Under the pieces are notes generated by a model. It had not been told where the DNA came from and searched no databases. It saw only the letters and a program-made list of their open reading frames with translations. DNA of 64,000 nt from an archaeon (lineage in GTDB: Archaea > Iainarchaeota > Iainarchaeia > Iainarchaeales > Iainarchaeaceae): positions 11,871 to 75,870 of the forward strand of contig DATDWP010000016.1 in the NCBI GenBank assembly GCA_035289625.1, read 5' to 3'. Both the position numbers and the translations under genes were made by a program. Below are positions 48,523-57,812 of the stretch, piece after piece (the stretch's first letter is position 1; the number at the start of each line of letters is the position of its first letter).

Positions 48523-48722
48523 GGCCCTTTGTAAGTAAAGCGTTTTAACTTCTCGGTGACTTGTGTTTTTCAGATTTGTAAGCGGCCTTGTTTTGTTCTC
48601 AATCCCTTCAAATCCGAAAACTTGAGAAAAAAACTACAACGACAAGACAAGGGCGGGACTTTAAGGGCTTGACTTTACACCATTCAAAAGGATTTTATAT
48701 TATAAATGCCTAATGTGTAAAC

Positions 48723-49322
48723 ATGAGCAATGCAAAAGCCTACATCATATCCGCACTCGTACTCGGGATATTTTCATGGTATTATTTAGTTGTAAGGGCC
48801 CAGCCGGCTAGCCTGAATTTTATTAACGCAATTGTTGCTTTCTCGGCAGTTATCATAATAGGGTTTTCGTTTGTCCTCGGTCCGCTTTCAAACTTTATCA
48901 AATTCTTCGCAAAATATGAGAGCTATAGAAAAACTTTCGGTTTGATTGGCTATGCTCTTGCCGGCCTGCATATTGTGCTTGTGGTGCCACTGCTCTTGCA
49001 AGAAGCGGGCGAGGGCACTGTTGCAATGATTGTATCTGTTGCAGTTGCCGCAGTCGCATTCATGATTTTTACGCTGATGGCCCTGACTTCAACCGGCAAG
49101 TGGATGGCGACTTTGGGCTATGAGAACTGGAAATCGCTCCAGCGCACAGGATATATTGCAATAGTGCTTGTGATGTTCCATGTTGCCCTTTTGGATAGTG
49201 GGGCATTCATTTTCCAGCGCATAACAGGCCAGATTGCAATAGGGTTTATTCTGCTAATATTGCTCCTACGGGGCCTTGCACAGGTTTTTTCGCATTCTGA
49301 GCGCAAGATAAAAGTCGAATAA
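48723..49322 (+). CDS. Ferric-reductase-like / MsrQ-like membrane protein, paralogue 3
   Basis: 6 TM; AGLHIVL, WKSLQRTGY, VMFHVAL. Confidence 0.55.
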   Translation: MSNAKAYIISALVLGIFSWYYLVVRAQPASLNFINAIVAFSAVIIIGFSFVLGPLSNFIKFFAKYESYRKTFGLIGYALAGLHIVLVVPLLLQEAGEGTVAMIVSVAVAAVAFMIFTLMALTSTGKWMATLGYENWKSLQRTGYIAIVLVMFHVALLDSGAFIFQRITGQIAIGFILLILLLRGLAQVFSHSERKIKVE

Positions 49323-49411
49323 AACCAGATCTTTTTTGACTAGACTTTTTCCAAATCTTGCCACAGAGCAATGTATATATTCTCTACTTCCGTCTATTAA
49401 TTGGGTTTTTA

Positions 49412-52400
49412 ATGGCTAGGGAAAAGGAAGAAAAAAAGGCTCTTGAAGAGAAACCGCGCGAATTTGGCGAAGGTGAGGCAATAGAGCGAACCCAGGTAAA
49501 CCCGCAAGATACCGATATTTTTGATGAGTTTTTAAAAGGCAAAAACAAGGAAAAGGCGGCAAAAGTTCGGCAGGCAATCGATAAGAACGATGAAGATCTG
49601 CCAGACAATGAGGATATTGAAATGGAAGAAGATGACGAGCAAGAGGATGAAGAAGACTCTAAATCCAAAATAGTTGAAACGGAGCAAGAGCCTTCAGAAG
49701 AAGAAAAACCAAAAAGGCAAAGAAAGCCCCGCAAAAAAGCTGCTCCTAAAGTAGATGCAAAAAGTGAAGGATTTTCTAATAAAGCGCATGACGATGAATC
49801 TGAAGGCATAAAACTGAAAGGAAAAGACCCGGCACAGATATCAAAAGAGCAAGAAGAAGATACATTAGATTCTGAAGAAAAAATAGGGGAAGAAGCAGAA
49901 GTTTCGCAAAAAATCGAAGAAGAAACTGAAGGCGAAGAGATTTTAGGCGATGATGAACCGGGAGAGTGGACTGATGAGGAATTTGATTATGATATTGACC
50001 ATGATGCAAAAGAACCGGAGGAATTAACTAAACCAATTGTGCCAACGCGCGAGGAAATAAAAAAAACAGTGCTGGCAAAAGCGAGCATGGCATCCGGGGG
50101 AGTTGACGAAATAGATTTGGCGGCAGAAAAACTCCAGTTCCTTTCAGACCCGCAGAAAAAATCTGTTTTTATCGGAAGAAAGGCAAGCATTTACAAAAAA
50201 TATGGCTTTGAAGCAGCTCTGCAACTCGGAAAGGTGCAGGAAAAAGACCTTGAGGGCTGGGATGTTTATCTTGATTCCCTAAACCCGCATGTTGTATTTG
50301 TTTGCGGAGCGCGAGGATCCGGAAAGTGCTTAACCGGAGACACGCTAATTACTCTTGACTCAGGCGAGGTTGTGCCAATAAGGGAGCTTGAGAATAGGAA
50401 TGAAAAAATATTTGCCGTCGATAATAAATTGAAAATTACCTCTGCAATTAGAACGGGATTCTATAAAAGAACGGTCAGCAAAATATTGAAAATAAAAATG
50501 CAAAGTGGAAAAGAAATTGAATTAACTCCTGAACACCCTCTCCTTACAATAAACGGCTGGAAGCCAGCTGAAGAATTTTCCCGGGGAGATAGGATAGCAA
50601 CTCCGCGGATATTGCCTGCATTCGGAAATACCAAAATGAAAGAATGCGATGTCAAACTACTTGCATACTTAATCGCAGAAGGGCATCTGGACAATCAATT
50701 TGTTTTATTCAGCAATATGAACGAAAAAATAAACAGTGAATTCAAAGAAAGTGTTTTACAATTTGACCCCAATTTAAGAGTAGAACTACATTCAAAAGAA
50801 GGGTGTTTTAGAGTTGCACAGATAAAAAAGAAAGTAGATTTGAGCCATATTGTCAGAGATTCTACTACAGGAAGGTTTACTGATAAAGGTTACATTCTAA
50901 TGGAAAGAAGCTCAATAAGAAAATGGCTTGAAAGTATTGGTTTATACGGAAAGCTTGCCGGAGAAAAATTTATTCCAAAAGAAATAATGAAACTGGAAAA
51001 AGGCCAGCTAGCCCTTTTCCTAAACAGACTTTTCAGCTGTGATGGATCCATATATAGGATCAACAAGGGAAAAAGCTGGGCTGTTTCTATTGGGTTCACT
51101 TCTAAAAAACTTACACAGCAGGTTCAACATTTGATTGCAAGGTATGGAGTAATTTCCACTTTCAGGAACAAAATAAATAGGCAACACGGACGGGACATAC
51201 CAAATTACGAAGTTGTTCTATATGGAGAAAACGTAATCAAGTACATACAGGAAATCGGATTTTTTGGCTATAAAGAAGAAAGAGCCGCAATTGCCCTCGA
51301 GGAAATGGCAGCACAAATTAGAAATCCTAATTTGGACACTATCCCAATAGAAGTATGGAATAAATTCCAAGTGAGAAATTGGAAGCAGATGGCAAGAGAG
51401 CTAGGATATGCCCCACAATCGTTCCACAACACAAGGAATTATTCCCCATCAAGGGAAAAGCTAGCAAAAATGGCAAGAATTGAGGGAAATTCAGGAATAG
51501 AAATGCTTGCCCAATCTGACATTTACTGGGACATCATAAAAGAAATAACTGAAATTAATCAAGAAACGGAAGTTTATGATATAACTGTACCTGAACTGCA
51601 CAACTTTGTTGCAAATGATATAATAGTGCATAACTCCTACGTTCTTGGTGTAATAGCTGAAGAACTAGCAGACAAAAACAAAAATGTAGGAATAATTGTT
51701 GTCGACCCTATTGGAGTATTTTGGTCAATGAGATTTGCAAATAAGGATGAGAAGGAACTTGAAAAATTAAAAGAATACGGACTTGAGGCGAAAGGGCTCT
51801 CGGGCCTTAAAGTATTCATTCCGGAAGGCATGAAAGACCAGGTGCCAAAATCAACATATGATGCCGGATTTGCAATACAGCCATCCCTTCTAACCGGCGA
51901 GGATTGGGCCTTAACATTTGGTGTTGATAGGTTTTCTGTTTCAGGGCTCTTGTTAGATAAGGTTTTGAAAAAAGTCGAAACCGGCTATAAAAAAACTACT
52001 ACAGAAGAGAGTGCAAAACCCGGGGAAAAAGTAAAACCTAAAGGAAAGAAATACGCGCTCGAGGATCTGATAGAGTGCCTTGAAACTGATTCTGAATTAA
52101 ACAGCCGGGACAAAGGATATAAACAGGATTCAATTAGGGCAATTATCAGCAGATTTGAAGCTGCAAAGAGCTGGGGGATATTCCACGAAAAAGGGACTCC
52201 GTTAGGAGAACTCTCCCGCGAGGGGCAGATGACAATACTTGACACCTCATTTTTGGAGGATAATGTAACCGCGCTTGTAATCGGAATACTTGCAAGAAGA
52301 TTGCTCTCTGCAAGAAAAATCGGGACAAGAAAAGAAGCTGCAAACAAATTCAAATCACTAAACATGAACGAACTCTTAGAACTCGAAGTCCCGCCAACTT

Positions 52401-53935
52401 GGCTCTTTATTGATGAAGCGCACACATTAATTCCGAGCGGAAATGAAATGACCGCGGCAACTGCCGGACTTATCGAATATGTAAAGCAAGGAAGAAGGCC
52501 AGGCCTTTCACTCGTATTTGCAACACAGCAGCCATCTGCAATTAATACAAAAGTTTTGAGCCAATTAGACGTCATAATGACCCACAAGCTTATTTTTGAT
52601 GATGACATTAAAGCGGTGTTCAAAAGGACCCCGACAATAATTCCACGAAAATACCGCAACCCAAATTTTATAAAAACACTGCCCGTAGGGGTTGCAGTTA
52701 CTGGGGATAGGCGCGAGGAGACAAGCAGGGCATTTGTTATGGGGATTCGCCCGCGCAAAAGCCAGCACGAGGGAAGGGATGCTGAAACAACCGGGCTATC
52801 TGAACAGGTGGATTCAGCTCAGGCACAAAAAATTGCATTTGAAATGCTTTTGAAAAATGTAAAAGAGGAAAAGAGAATTGATATGGATAAAGCAAAACTT
52901 GCAGTAGAAACCCTTAATGCAAAATACAGAACACATGTGGATTTTGAAAAGCTACTAAAAGAACTTGAGGCAAAAGGCCTTGAGGTTTCTGAGAGCTCAA
53001 TAGCAGTTGCCGGATTTGCTGCAATGGCACAAGAAGAAGAGGCAGAAGATGAAGTTTTAGATGAAGAGCAAACACAAGAACAGCAAGCACTCGGACTTGA
53101 TAGAGAAGAGCTTGTCCCGCTAAAAAGAGGCGAAGAATCTGAAGATGGGCAAGAAGGGACAGACGCAAAAACAAATCCACTCGAACTTGATCTTCTATCT
53201 CTCCCGCAGAGAATTAATGAGCAGGACGCGAGAAGAGTTGTTGAAGGAGTTAGAAAGAAGGCCTTTTTTGGAATTTTGGGAAATGCCGAAAGAATTGAGT
53301 GGATAAAATTGCGCCACTACCCGATATGGAGGATCAAATTTGATGCCCCTACAAGAAGAGGGGAATTTATTTCACGCGAATGTTTTGTCAATTCACTCTC
53401 AGGCGAATTTGTGCACTTCAAGGACGGGCAGTTTATCGAATCAAAAGGGCTTGTGCAAATTAATGATTTGGGTGATGAGGAAGCAATGACCCTCAAACTT
53501 TTGCAAAAGCGCGAAATGCTGCTAGAGGAAATTATGGCACAGACACAAATGGATGAAGCCCGCCTTAGAAGGGTTTTGCAAAAATTGGTGGATCGCGCGC
53601 TTGTTGCAAAAACACAAAAGAACGCGCGGGAAATATTTTCACTCAAAGAAAAACTCGACCTTCCCCCAAGCGAGAGGCATGAACTATTAGGTTCACTTTC
53701 AACCCTTCCATTTGTTAGAACTGAAGCGCTTAGCATCGAGAGGGAGAAGTACTCAAGGGAGGATATAACAAAAGCGCTGCGAAAGCTATGGGGAAGTATT
53801 CTTGTAAAAAAAATCGAGCCGCTCTATAAACCCATTTGGCATGTAGTGCTATCCGAGGATGCAAAAGAGAGAACGGTTATAATTGATGCGGTGAACGGAA
53901 AAATTATTAGTGAAAAGGCAAATACTACTACATAA
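49412..53935 (+). CDS. Giant HerA/FtsK-superfamily (DUF87-like) P-loop ATPase with acidic/Lys-rich N-terminal region, an intein, and a C-terminal wHTH-like region
   Basis: Split Walker A GARGSGK|SY, IIVVDPIGVF, Walker B WLFIDEAHTLIP, LVFATQQPSAI. ATG 49412 preferred over TTG 49358. Confidence 0.8.
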   Translation: MAREKEEKKALEEKPREFGEGEAIERTQVNPQDTDIFDEFLKGKNKEKAAKVRQAIDKNDEDLPDNEDIEMEEDDEQEDEEDSKSKIVETEQEPSEEEKPKRQRKPRKKAAPKVDAKSEGFSNKAHDDESEGIKLKGKDPAQISKEQEEDTLDSEEKIGEEAEVSQKIEEETEGEEILGDDEPGEWTDEEFDYDIDHDAKEPEELTKPIVPTREEIKKTVLAKASMASGGVDEIDLAAEKLQFLSDPQKKSVFIGRKASIYKKYGFEAALQLGKVQEKDLEGWDVYLDSLNPHVVFVCGARGSGKCLTGDTLITLDSGEVVPIRELENRNEKIFAVDNKLKITSAIRTGFYKRTVSKILKIKMQSGKEIELTPEHPLLTINGWKPAEEFSRGDRIATPRILPAFGNTKMKECDVKLLAYLIAEGHLDNQFVLFSNMNEKINSEFKESVLQFDPNLRVELHSKEGCFRVAQIKKKVDLSHIVRDSTTGRFTDKGYILMERSSIRKWLESIGLYGKLAGEKFIPKEIMKLEKGQLALFLNRLFSCDGSIYRINKGKSWAVSIGFTSKKLTQQVQHLIARYGVISTFRNKINRQHGRDIPNYEVVLYGENVIKYIQEIGFFGYKEERAAIALEEMAAQIRNPNLDTIPIEVWNKFQVRNWKQMARELGYAPQSFHNTRNYSPSREKLAKMARIEGNSGIEMLAQSDIYWDIIKEITEINQETEVYDITVPELHNFVANDIIVHNSYVLGVIAEELADKNKNVGIIVVDPIGVFWSMRFANKDEKELEKLKEYGLEAKGLSGLKVFIPEGMKDQVPKSTYDAGFAIQPSLLTGEDWALTFGVDRFSVSGLLLDKVLKKVETGYKKTTTEESAKPGEKVKPKGKKYALEDLIECLETDSELNSRDKGYKQDSIRAIISRFEAAKSWGIFHEKGTPLGELSREGQMTILDTSFLEDNVTALVIGILARRLLSARKIGTRKEAANKFKSLNMNELLELEVPPTWLFIDEAHTLIPSGNEMTAATAGLIEYVKQGRRPGLSLVFATQQPSAINTKVLSQLDVIMTHKLIFDDDIKAVFKRTPTIIPRKYRNPNFIKTLPVGVAVTGDRREETSRAFVMGIRPRKSQHEGRDAETTGLSEQVDSAQAQKIAFEMLLKNVKEEKRIDMDKAKLAVETLNAKYRTHVDFEKLLKELEAKGLEVSESSIAVAGFAAMAQEEEAEDEVLDEEQTQEQQALGLDREELVPLKRGEESEDGQEGTDAKTNPLELDLLSLPQRINEQDARRVVEGVRKKAFFGILGNAERIEWIKLRHYPIWRIKFDAPTRRGEFISRECFVNSLSGEFVHFKDGQFIESKGLVQINDLGDEEAMTLKLLQKREMLLEEIMAQTQMDEARLRRVLQKLVDRALVAKTQKNAREIFSLKEKLDLPPSERHELLGSLSTLPFVRTEALSIEREKYSREDITKALRKLWGSILVKKIEPLYKPIWHVVLSEDAKERTVIIDAVNGKIISEKANTTT
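50327..51634 (+). mobile_element. Intein (436 aa) with LAGLIDADG endonuclease inserted in the Walker A loop
   Basis: Starts CLTGDTLITL, block B TPEH, LLAYLIAEGHLD and FLNRLFSCDGSIY, ends DIIVHN followed by +1 Ser. Confidence 0.9.
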
Positions 53936-53986
53936 CCTATTTCTATTTTACCTCTCCCCCCACTACTAAATCAAGCTGCACCCGAA

Positions 53987-54580
53987 CTATTTCCTAAATC
54001 CATTAGGTAAAATAAGCGCTCCGCCCTCAACTATTGCCCCGCAATTAATTGAAGAGTTCACTCCGGTTTTTACCTTATCAAAAAGAAGCGCGCCGAGTTT
54101 TTTTCTACCCGAATCAACTTTTTTGCCATTTATATTTACCGATACATTTGAGTGGTCATGGCGGAGGTTTGCTATTTTTGTTCCGGCACCAAGGTTGCAG
54201 TTTTTGCCAATTACACTATCACCTACATATGAGTAGTGCGGTACTTTTGAGCCTTCGAGTATTATTGAATTTTTTATTTCGCAAGTTCCGATATGGCAGT
54301 TATCGCAAATCACTGCTCCACTTCGCAAAAATGCATTTGGGCCTATTACACAATTTTTCCCAATATATACATTGCCTTCAATCCTGCTTCCGCTCTTTAT
54401 TATAGAGCCGCTTCCGAGCTGTAAATTGCCTTTGATGGCGACAAATTCTTCAATTTCCCCCTCTATCTTATTTTCAATACCAGAAATTTCCTTTTCGCTT
54501 TTTTCTAGTAATTTCCAGTATTCAAATGGCTGGTTTTTTGAAATAAGTTGCTCGCATTCTTTTATTATTTCCAAAATCAT
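53987..54580 (-). CDS. Left-handed beta-helix acyl/acetyltransferase (GlmU C-terminal-domain-like)
   Basis: Hexapeptide repeats; EIKNSIILEGSKVPHYSYVGDSVIGKNCNLGAGTKIANL resembles the GlcN-1-P acetyltransferase domain. ATGA overlap with the glmM stop. Confidence 0.7.
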   Translation of the reverse strand: MILEIIKECEQLISKNQPFEYWKLLEKSEKEISGIENKIEGEIEEFVAIKGNLQLGSGSIIKSGSRIEGNVYIGKNCVIGPNAFLRSGAVICDNCHIGTCEIKNSIILEGSKVPHYSYVGDSVIGKNCNLGAGTKIANLRHDHSNVSVNINGKKVDSGRKKLGALLFDKVKTGVNSSINCGAIVEGGALILPNGFRK

Positions 54581-55941
54581 GCTCCGACCTCTAATTTTAT
54601 TGCATTTGCAATTTTTGCAGCAAATACCCTCACTCTTCGGGCTTGCACGCCCTCTACCATAACCCTGCAAATATTTTCAGTGCCGCTGTAGCGAACAAGC
54701 ACTCTTCCAGAAGTTGAGAGTTCTTTTCTTGCCTTTTCAATTGAATCTTTTACTTTTTGCATCTGTTCAATTGGCTTTTTTTCTTTTACTTGTACATTTA
54801 TGAGTGTTTGCGGGTGAGGGGTAAAAGAAGAGCACAATTCTCGCACGCTTTTTTTGCTCTCTTTCATTGCGCGCATTAGTTGAAGGGCGGCAATTATCCC
54901 ATCGCCGGTTGTTGAGTAGTCTCCAAATATTATATGGCCGGATTGTTCTGCCCCAAAATTATATCCTTGCGCCCTCATCTGTTCAATTACATATCTATCC
55001 CCAACTGCTGCGCGCACTATTTTTACACCCTGCAAAAAGAGGTGTTTTTCAAGAGCTCCGTTGCTCATTACAGTGGATACTATTGTGTTTTTGGAGAGCT
55101 TGCCTTTTTCTTTTAATTCGAGAGCAAGCCTTCCCATTAGAGAGTCCCCGTCAATTTTTTTGCCTTTATGGTCAACTACAACAAGCCGATCGGCATCCCC
55201 ATCGAGTGCAATTCCAATATCTGCTTTTTGTTCGAGGACTTTTTTTGAAAGCGATTCAAGGTGCATTGCCCCACTTTTAAAATTTATATTATTCCCATCA
55301 GGAATATTGTTGATTGCAATTACTTTTGCGCCAAGTTCTGAAAAGATGTCAGGAGCGACCTTGTATGCTGCTCCGTTTGCGCAGTCCACTACAACTTTTA
55401 ATCCTTCAAAAGAATCACCTTCCATTGTGCCTTTTGCATATTCTATATATCTTCCGCGCGCATCATCAACCCTTATTGCTTTGCCTATTTTTTCCCCATA
55501 TGAAGATTTGTGCGGAGACGCGTCTAGCTGCATCAGCATTTCGATTTTGTGCTCTTGCAAATCCTCAAGTTTAAATCCATTTGAATCAAATACTTTCACC
55601 CCGTTATCCTGTGCCGGATTGTGTGAAGCTGAAATCATAATGCCGGCATGCGCGTTAAACGAGCGAGTTAGCTGGGCAATTGCTGGGGTTGGAAGAGGGC
55701 CCACTAAAAACACCTGAGCGCCGCCTGAAACCAGTCCGGAGGTCAGAGCGGTTTCTAGCATATAGCCAGAGAGCCTTGTATCTTTTCCTATTACAATTTT
55801 TGGGGACTCCCCATTACTAAAATTTTTTGCAATAGCTCTTCCCAGTGCTATCATTACTTCAGGGGTCATCGGGTAGTGATTTGCCTTGCCGCGAATGCCG
55901 TCAGTTCCAAACAATTTTCGAGTGTGAGCCATTGTTTTCAC
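54577..55941 (-). CDS. glmM: Phosphoglucosamine mutase
   Basis: FGTDGIRG, active-site SASHNPAQDNG, DGDADR, GEQSGH. Confidence 0.9.
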   Translation of the reverse strand: MKTMAHTRKLFGTDGIRGKANHYPMTPEVMIALGRAIAKNFSNGESPKIVIGKDTRLSGYMLETALTSGLVSGGAQVFLVGPLPTPAIAQLTRSFNAHAGIMISASHNPAQDNGVKVFDSNGFKLEDLQEHKIEMLMQLDASPHKSSYGEKIGKAIRVDDARGRYIEYAKGTMEGDSFEGLKVVVDCANGAAYKVAPDIFSELGAKVIAINNIPDGNNINFKSGAMHLESLSKKVLEQKADIGIALDGDADRLVVVDHKGKKIDGDSLMGRLALELKEKGKLSKNTIVSTVMSNGALEKHLFLQGVKIVRAAVGDRYVIEQMRAQGYNFGAEQSGHIIFGDYSTTGDGIIAALQLMRAMKESKKSVRELCSSFTPHPQTLINVQVKEKKPIEQMQKVKDSIEKARKELSTSGRVLVRYSGTENICRVMVEGVQARRVRVFAAKIANAIKLEVGA

Positions 55942-57689
55942 TTCACAGTAACACTCTTTGCTAAGTTGCGCGGTTTATCAGGATCTAAGTTTTTTTCAAG
56001 TGCAATATAGTATGCTAGTAACTGGCACGGAATCACAAGGTGCAATGGCTCTGCTCCGTTGCATTCAGGAATTTGGAAAAATATGTCAAATACATCACTA
56101 TTTTGCGAATCTACCCCTATTATTTTTGCTCCTCTGCTCTTCATTTCAATTGCATTGCTCAAAATAAGTTTTCTTGTAAGAGGAGTACAAAGAACTATTG
56201 CAGGAGTTCCTTCTTCTATTAGGGCAATTGTCCCATGTTTTAATTCCCCACCAGCAAACCCTTCGGCATGAATATAACTAACTTCCTTTATTTTGAGCGC
56301 GCACTCAAGTGCTGCTGGATATGCTTGCGATCTCCCTATTACAAACATATTTGGTTTCTTTGAGAGCTCTTTTGCGACCTTTTTAATTTTTGAGTGATCT
56401 TCAATTATTTTTTGAATCCCAAAAGAGGTTTTTGAAATTATTTCTTTCCCCAAATCTAATTTGTTAGCAGCAGAATATGCTATCAAAAGCAATATTGCAA
56501 GTTGGGAAGTGTAGCTTTTTGTTGAAAGTACGCAGATTTCTGGACCCGCATTCATAAGAAGAGTTAGATCTGATGCGCGCATTACACTAGAATCCATTGC
56601 ATTTACAATTCCAACAATTTTTGCTCCCCTTTCGCGTGCTAATTTTATTGCATCAAGTAAATCGGCAGTTTCTCCACTCTGACTTAGCGCTATTACAAGA
56701 GAATCAGAAGAGATTGCATCTACTAGCTGGTCAAATTCAGATGCAAGAGAGGCGCGCGAATCTATTTTTGCAACGGAGCTAAGAAAATGAACTCCTGCTA
56801 AAGATGCGTGGTATGAAGAGCCGCACCCTACAAAAAAAATTTTCTTTGAAGATTTTATTAAAGAGACTACTTTTTCGATTCTTTCTACAGGTTGTTTTGC
56901 CGCAGCAAGAAGCGTGCTTGGCTGCTCTGAAATTTCTTTTATCATAAAATGTGCAAAGTCCCCTTTTTTTGCCTGCTCAAAACCCCATTCGAGGGTTTTT
57001 GTTTTATATTTTTCCCCTACTCCATTTGCAATGTCGATTAGTTTTACATCACTATCAATAACAACCATTTTTGCATCAGGAACAAAGAGAACTTGCCTTG
57101 TTGAATTGATGAATGCGCTAGCATCTGATGCTACTACAAAACCATCTTTGCAAAACCCCACTACAAGAGGAGAGCCGTTTTTTGCGCACACTATTTTTTT
57201 CTCTCCATAGTGGAGTGCTGCTATCGCATAATTTCCTTCAAGTTCAAGAGCGCAGAGCCTTAGCGCATTTTCAAATGAGTTCCCCTCAGATATTTTTTTT
57301 TGAATTAAATTTGCAATCACTTCAGAATCAGTTTCAGAATTGAAATGAAACCCTTTAGACAAGAGGTCTTTTTTTAATTGAACAAAATTTTCAACAATGC
57401 CGTTGTGCACTATTGCTATTTTTCCATCATTGGAAATGTGCGGGTGCGCGTTTTTCTCCAAAACTTTACCATGAGTTGCCCAGCGTGTGTGACCGATTGC
57501 AATCTCTGTTTGTGGCGCATTATTCAAAACTGATTGGCCAATTTTGCCTATTTGCCTCTGCAAGTAGAACCCATTGTTAGTTGGGGCTGCTATTCCCCAT
57601 GAATCATAACCCCTATACTCTAGTGCCTTGAGGCATTCAAATGCCTTCTCCGGGGCGTTAGCACTTATTACCCCTACAATTCCACACAT
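55938..57689 (-). CDS. glmS: Glutamine--fructose-6-phosphate aminotransferase
   Basis: N-terminal MCGIVG nucleophile, two SIS domains, C-terminal NLAKSVTVK-type ending; 4-nt overlap with glmM. Confidence 0.95.
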   Translation of the reverse strand: MCGIVGVISANAPEKAFECLKALEYRGYDSWGIAAPTNNGFYLQRQIGKIGQSVLNNAPQTEIAIGHTRWATHGKVLEKNAHPHISNDGKIAIVHNGIVENFVQLKKDLLSKGFHFNSETDSEVIANLIQKKISEGNSFENALRLCALELEGNYAIAALHYGEKKIVCAKNGSPLVVGFCKDGFVVASDASAFINSTRQVLFVPDAKMVVIDSDVKLIDIANGVGEKYKTKTLEWGFEQAKKGDFAHFMIKEISEQPSTLLAAAKQPVERIEKVVSLIKSSKKIFFVGCGSSYHASLAGVHFLSSVAKIDSRASLASEFDQLVDAISSDSLVIALSQSGETADLLDAIKLARERGAKIVGIVNAMDSSVMRASDLTLLMNAGPEICVLSTKSYTSQLAILLLIAYSAANKLDLGKEIISKTSFGIQKIIEDHSKIKKVAKELSKKPNMFVIGRSQAYPAALECALKIKEVSYIHAEGFAGGELKHGTIALIEEGTPAIVLCTPLTRKLILSNAIEMKSRGAKIIGVDSQNSDVFDIFFQIPECNGAEPLHLVIPCQLLAYYIALEKNLDPDKPRNLAKSVTVK

Positions 57690-57812
57690 ACTACTAAGGT
57701 TGTGGCAAAAGCCTTAAAAATAAAAAAGATACTATTATTATAAAAATAGTAATACTAGTATGAATTATTTAGTAGTAGTGAATAAGATACAAAAACAGCG
57801 ACAGGTGATGAT

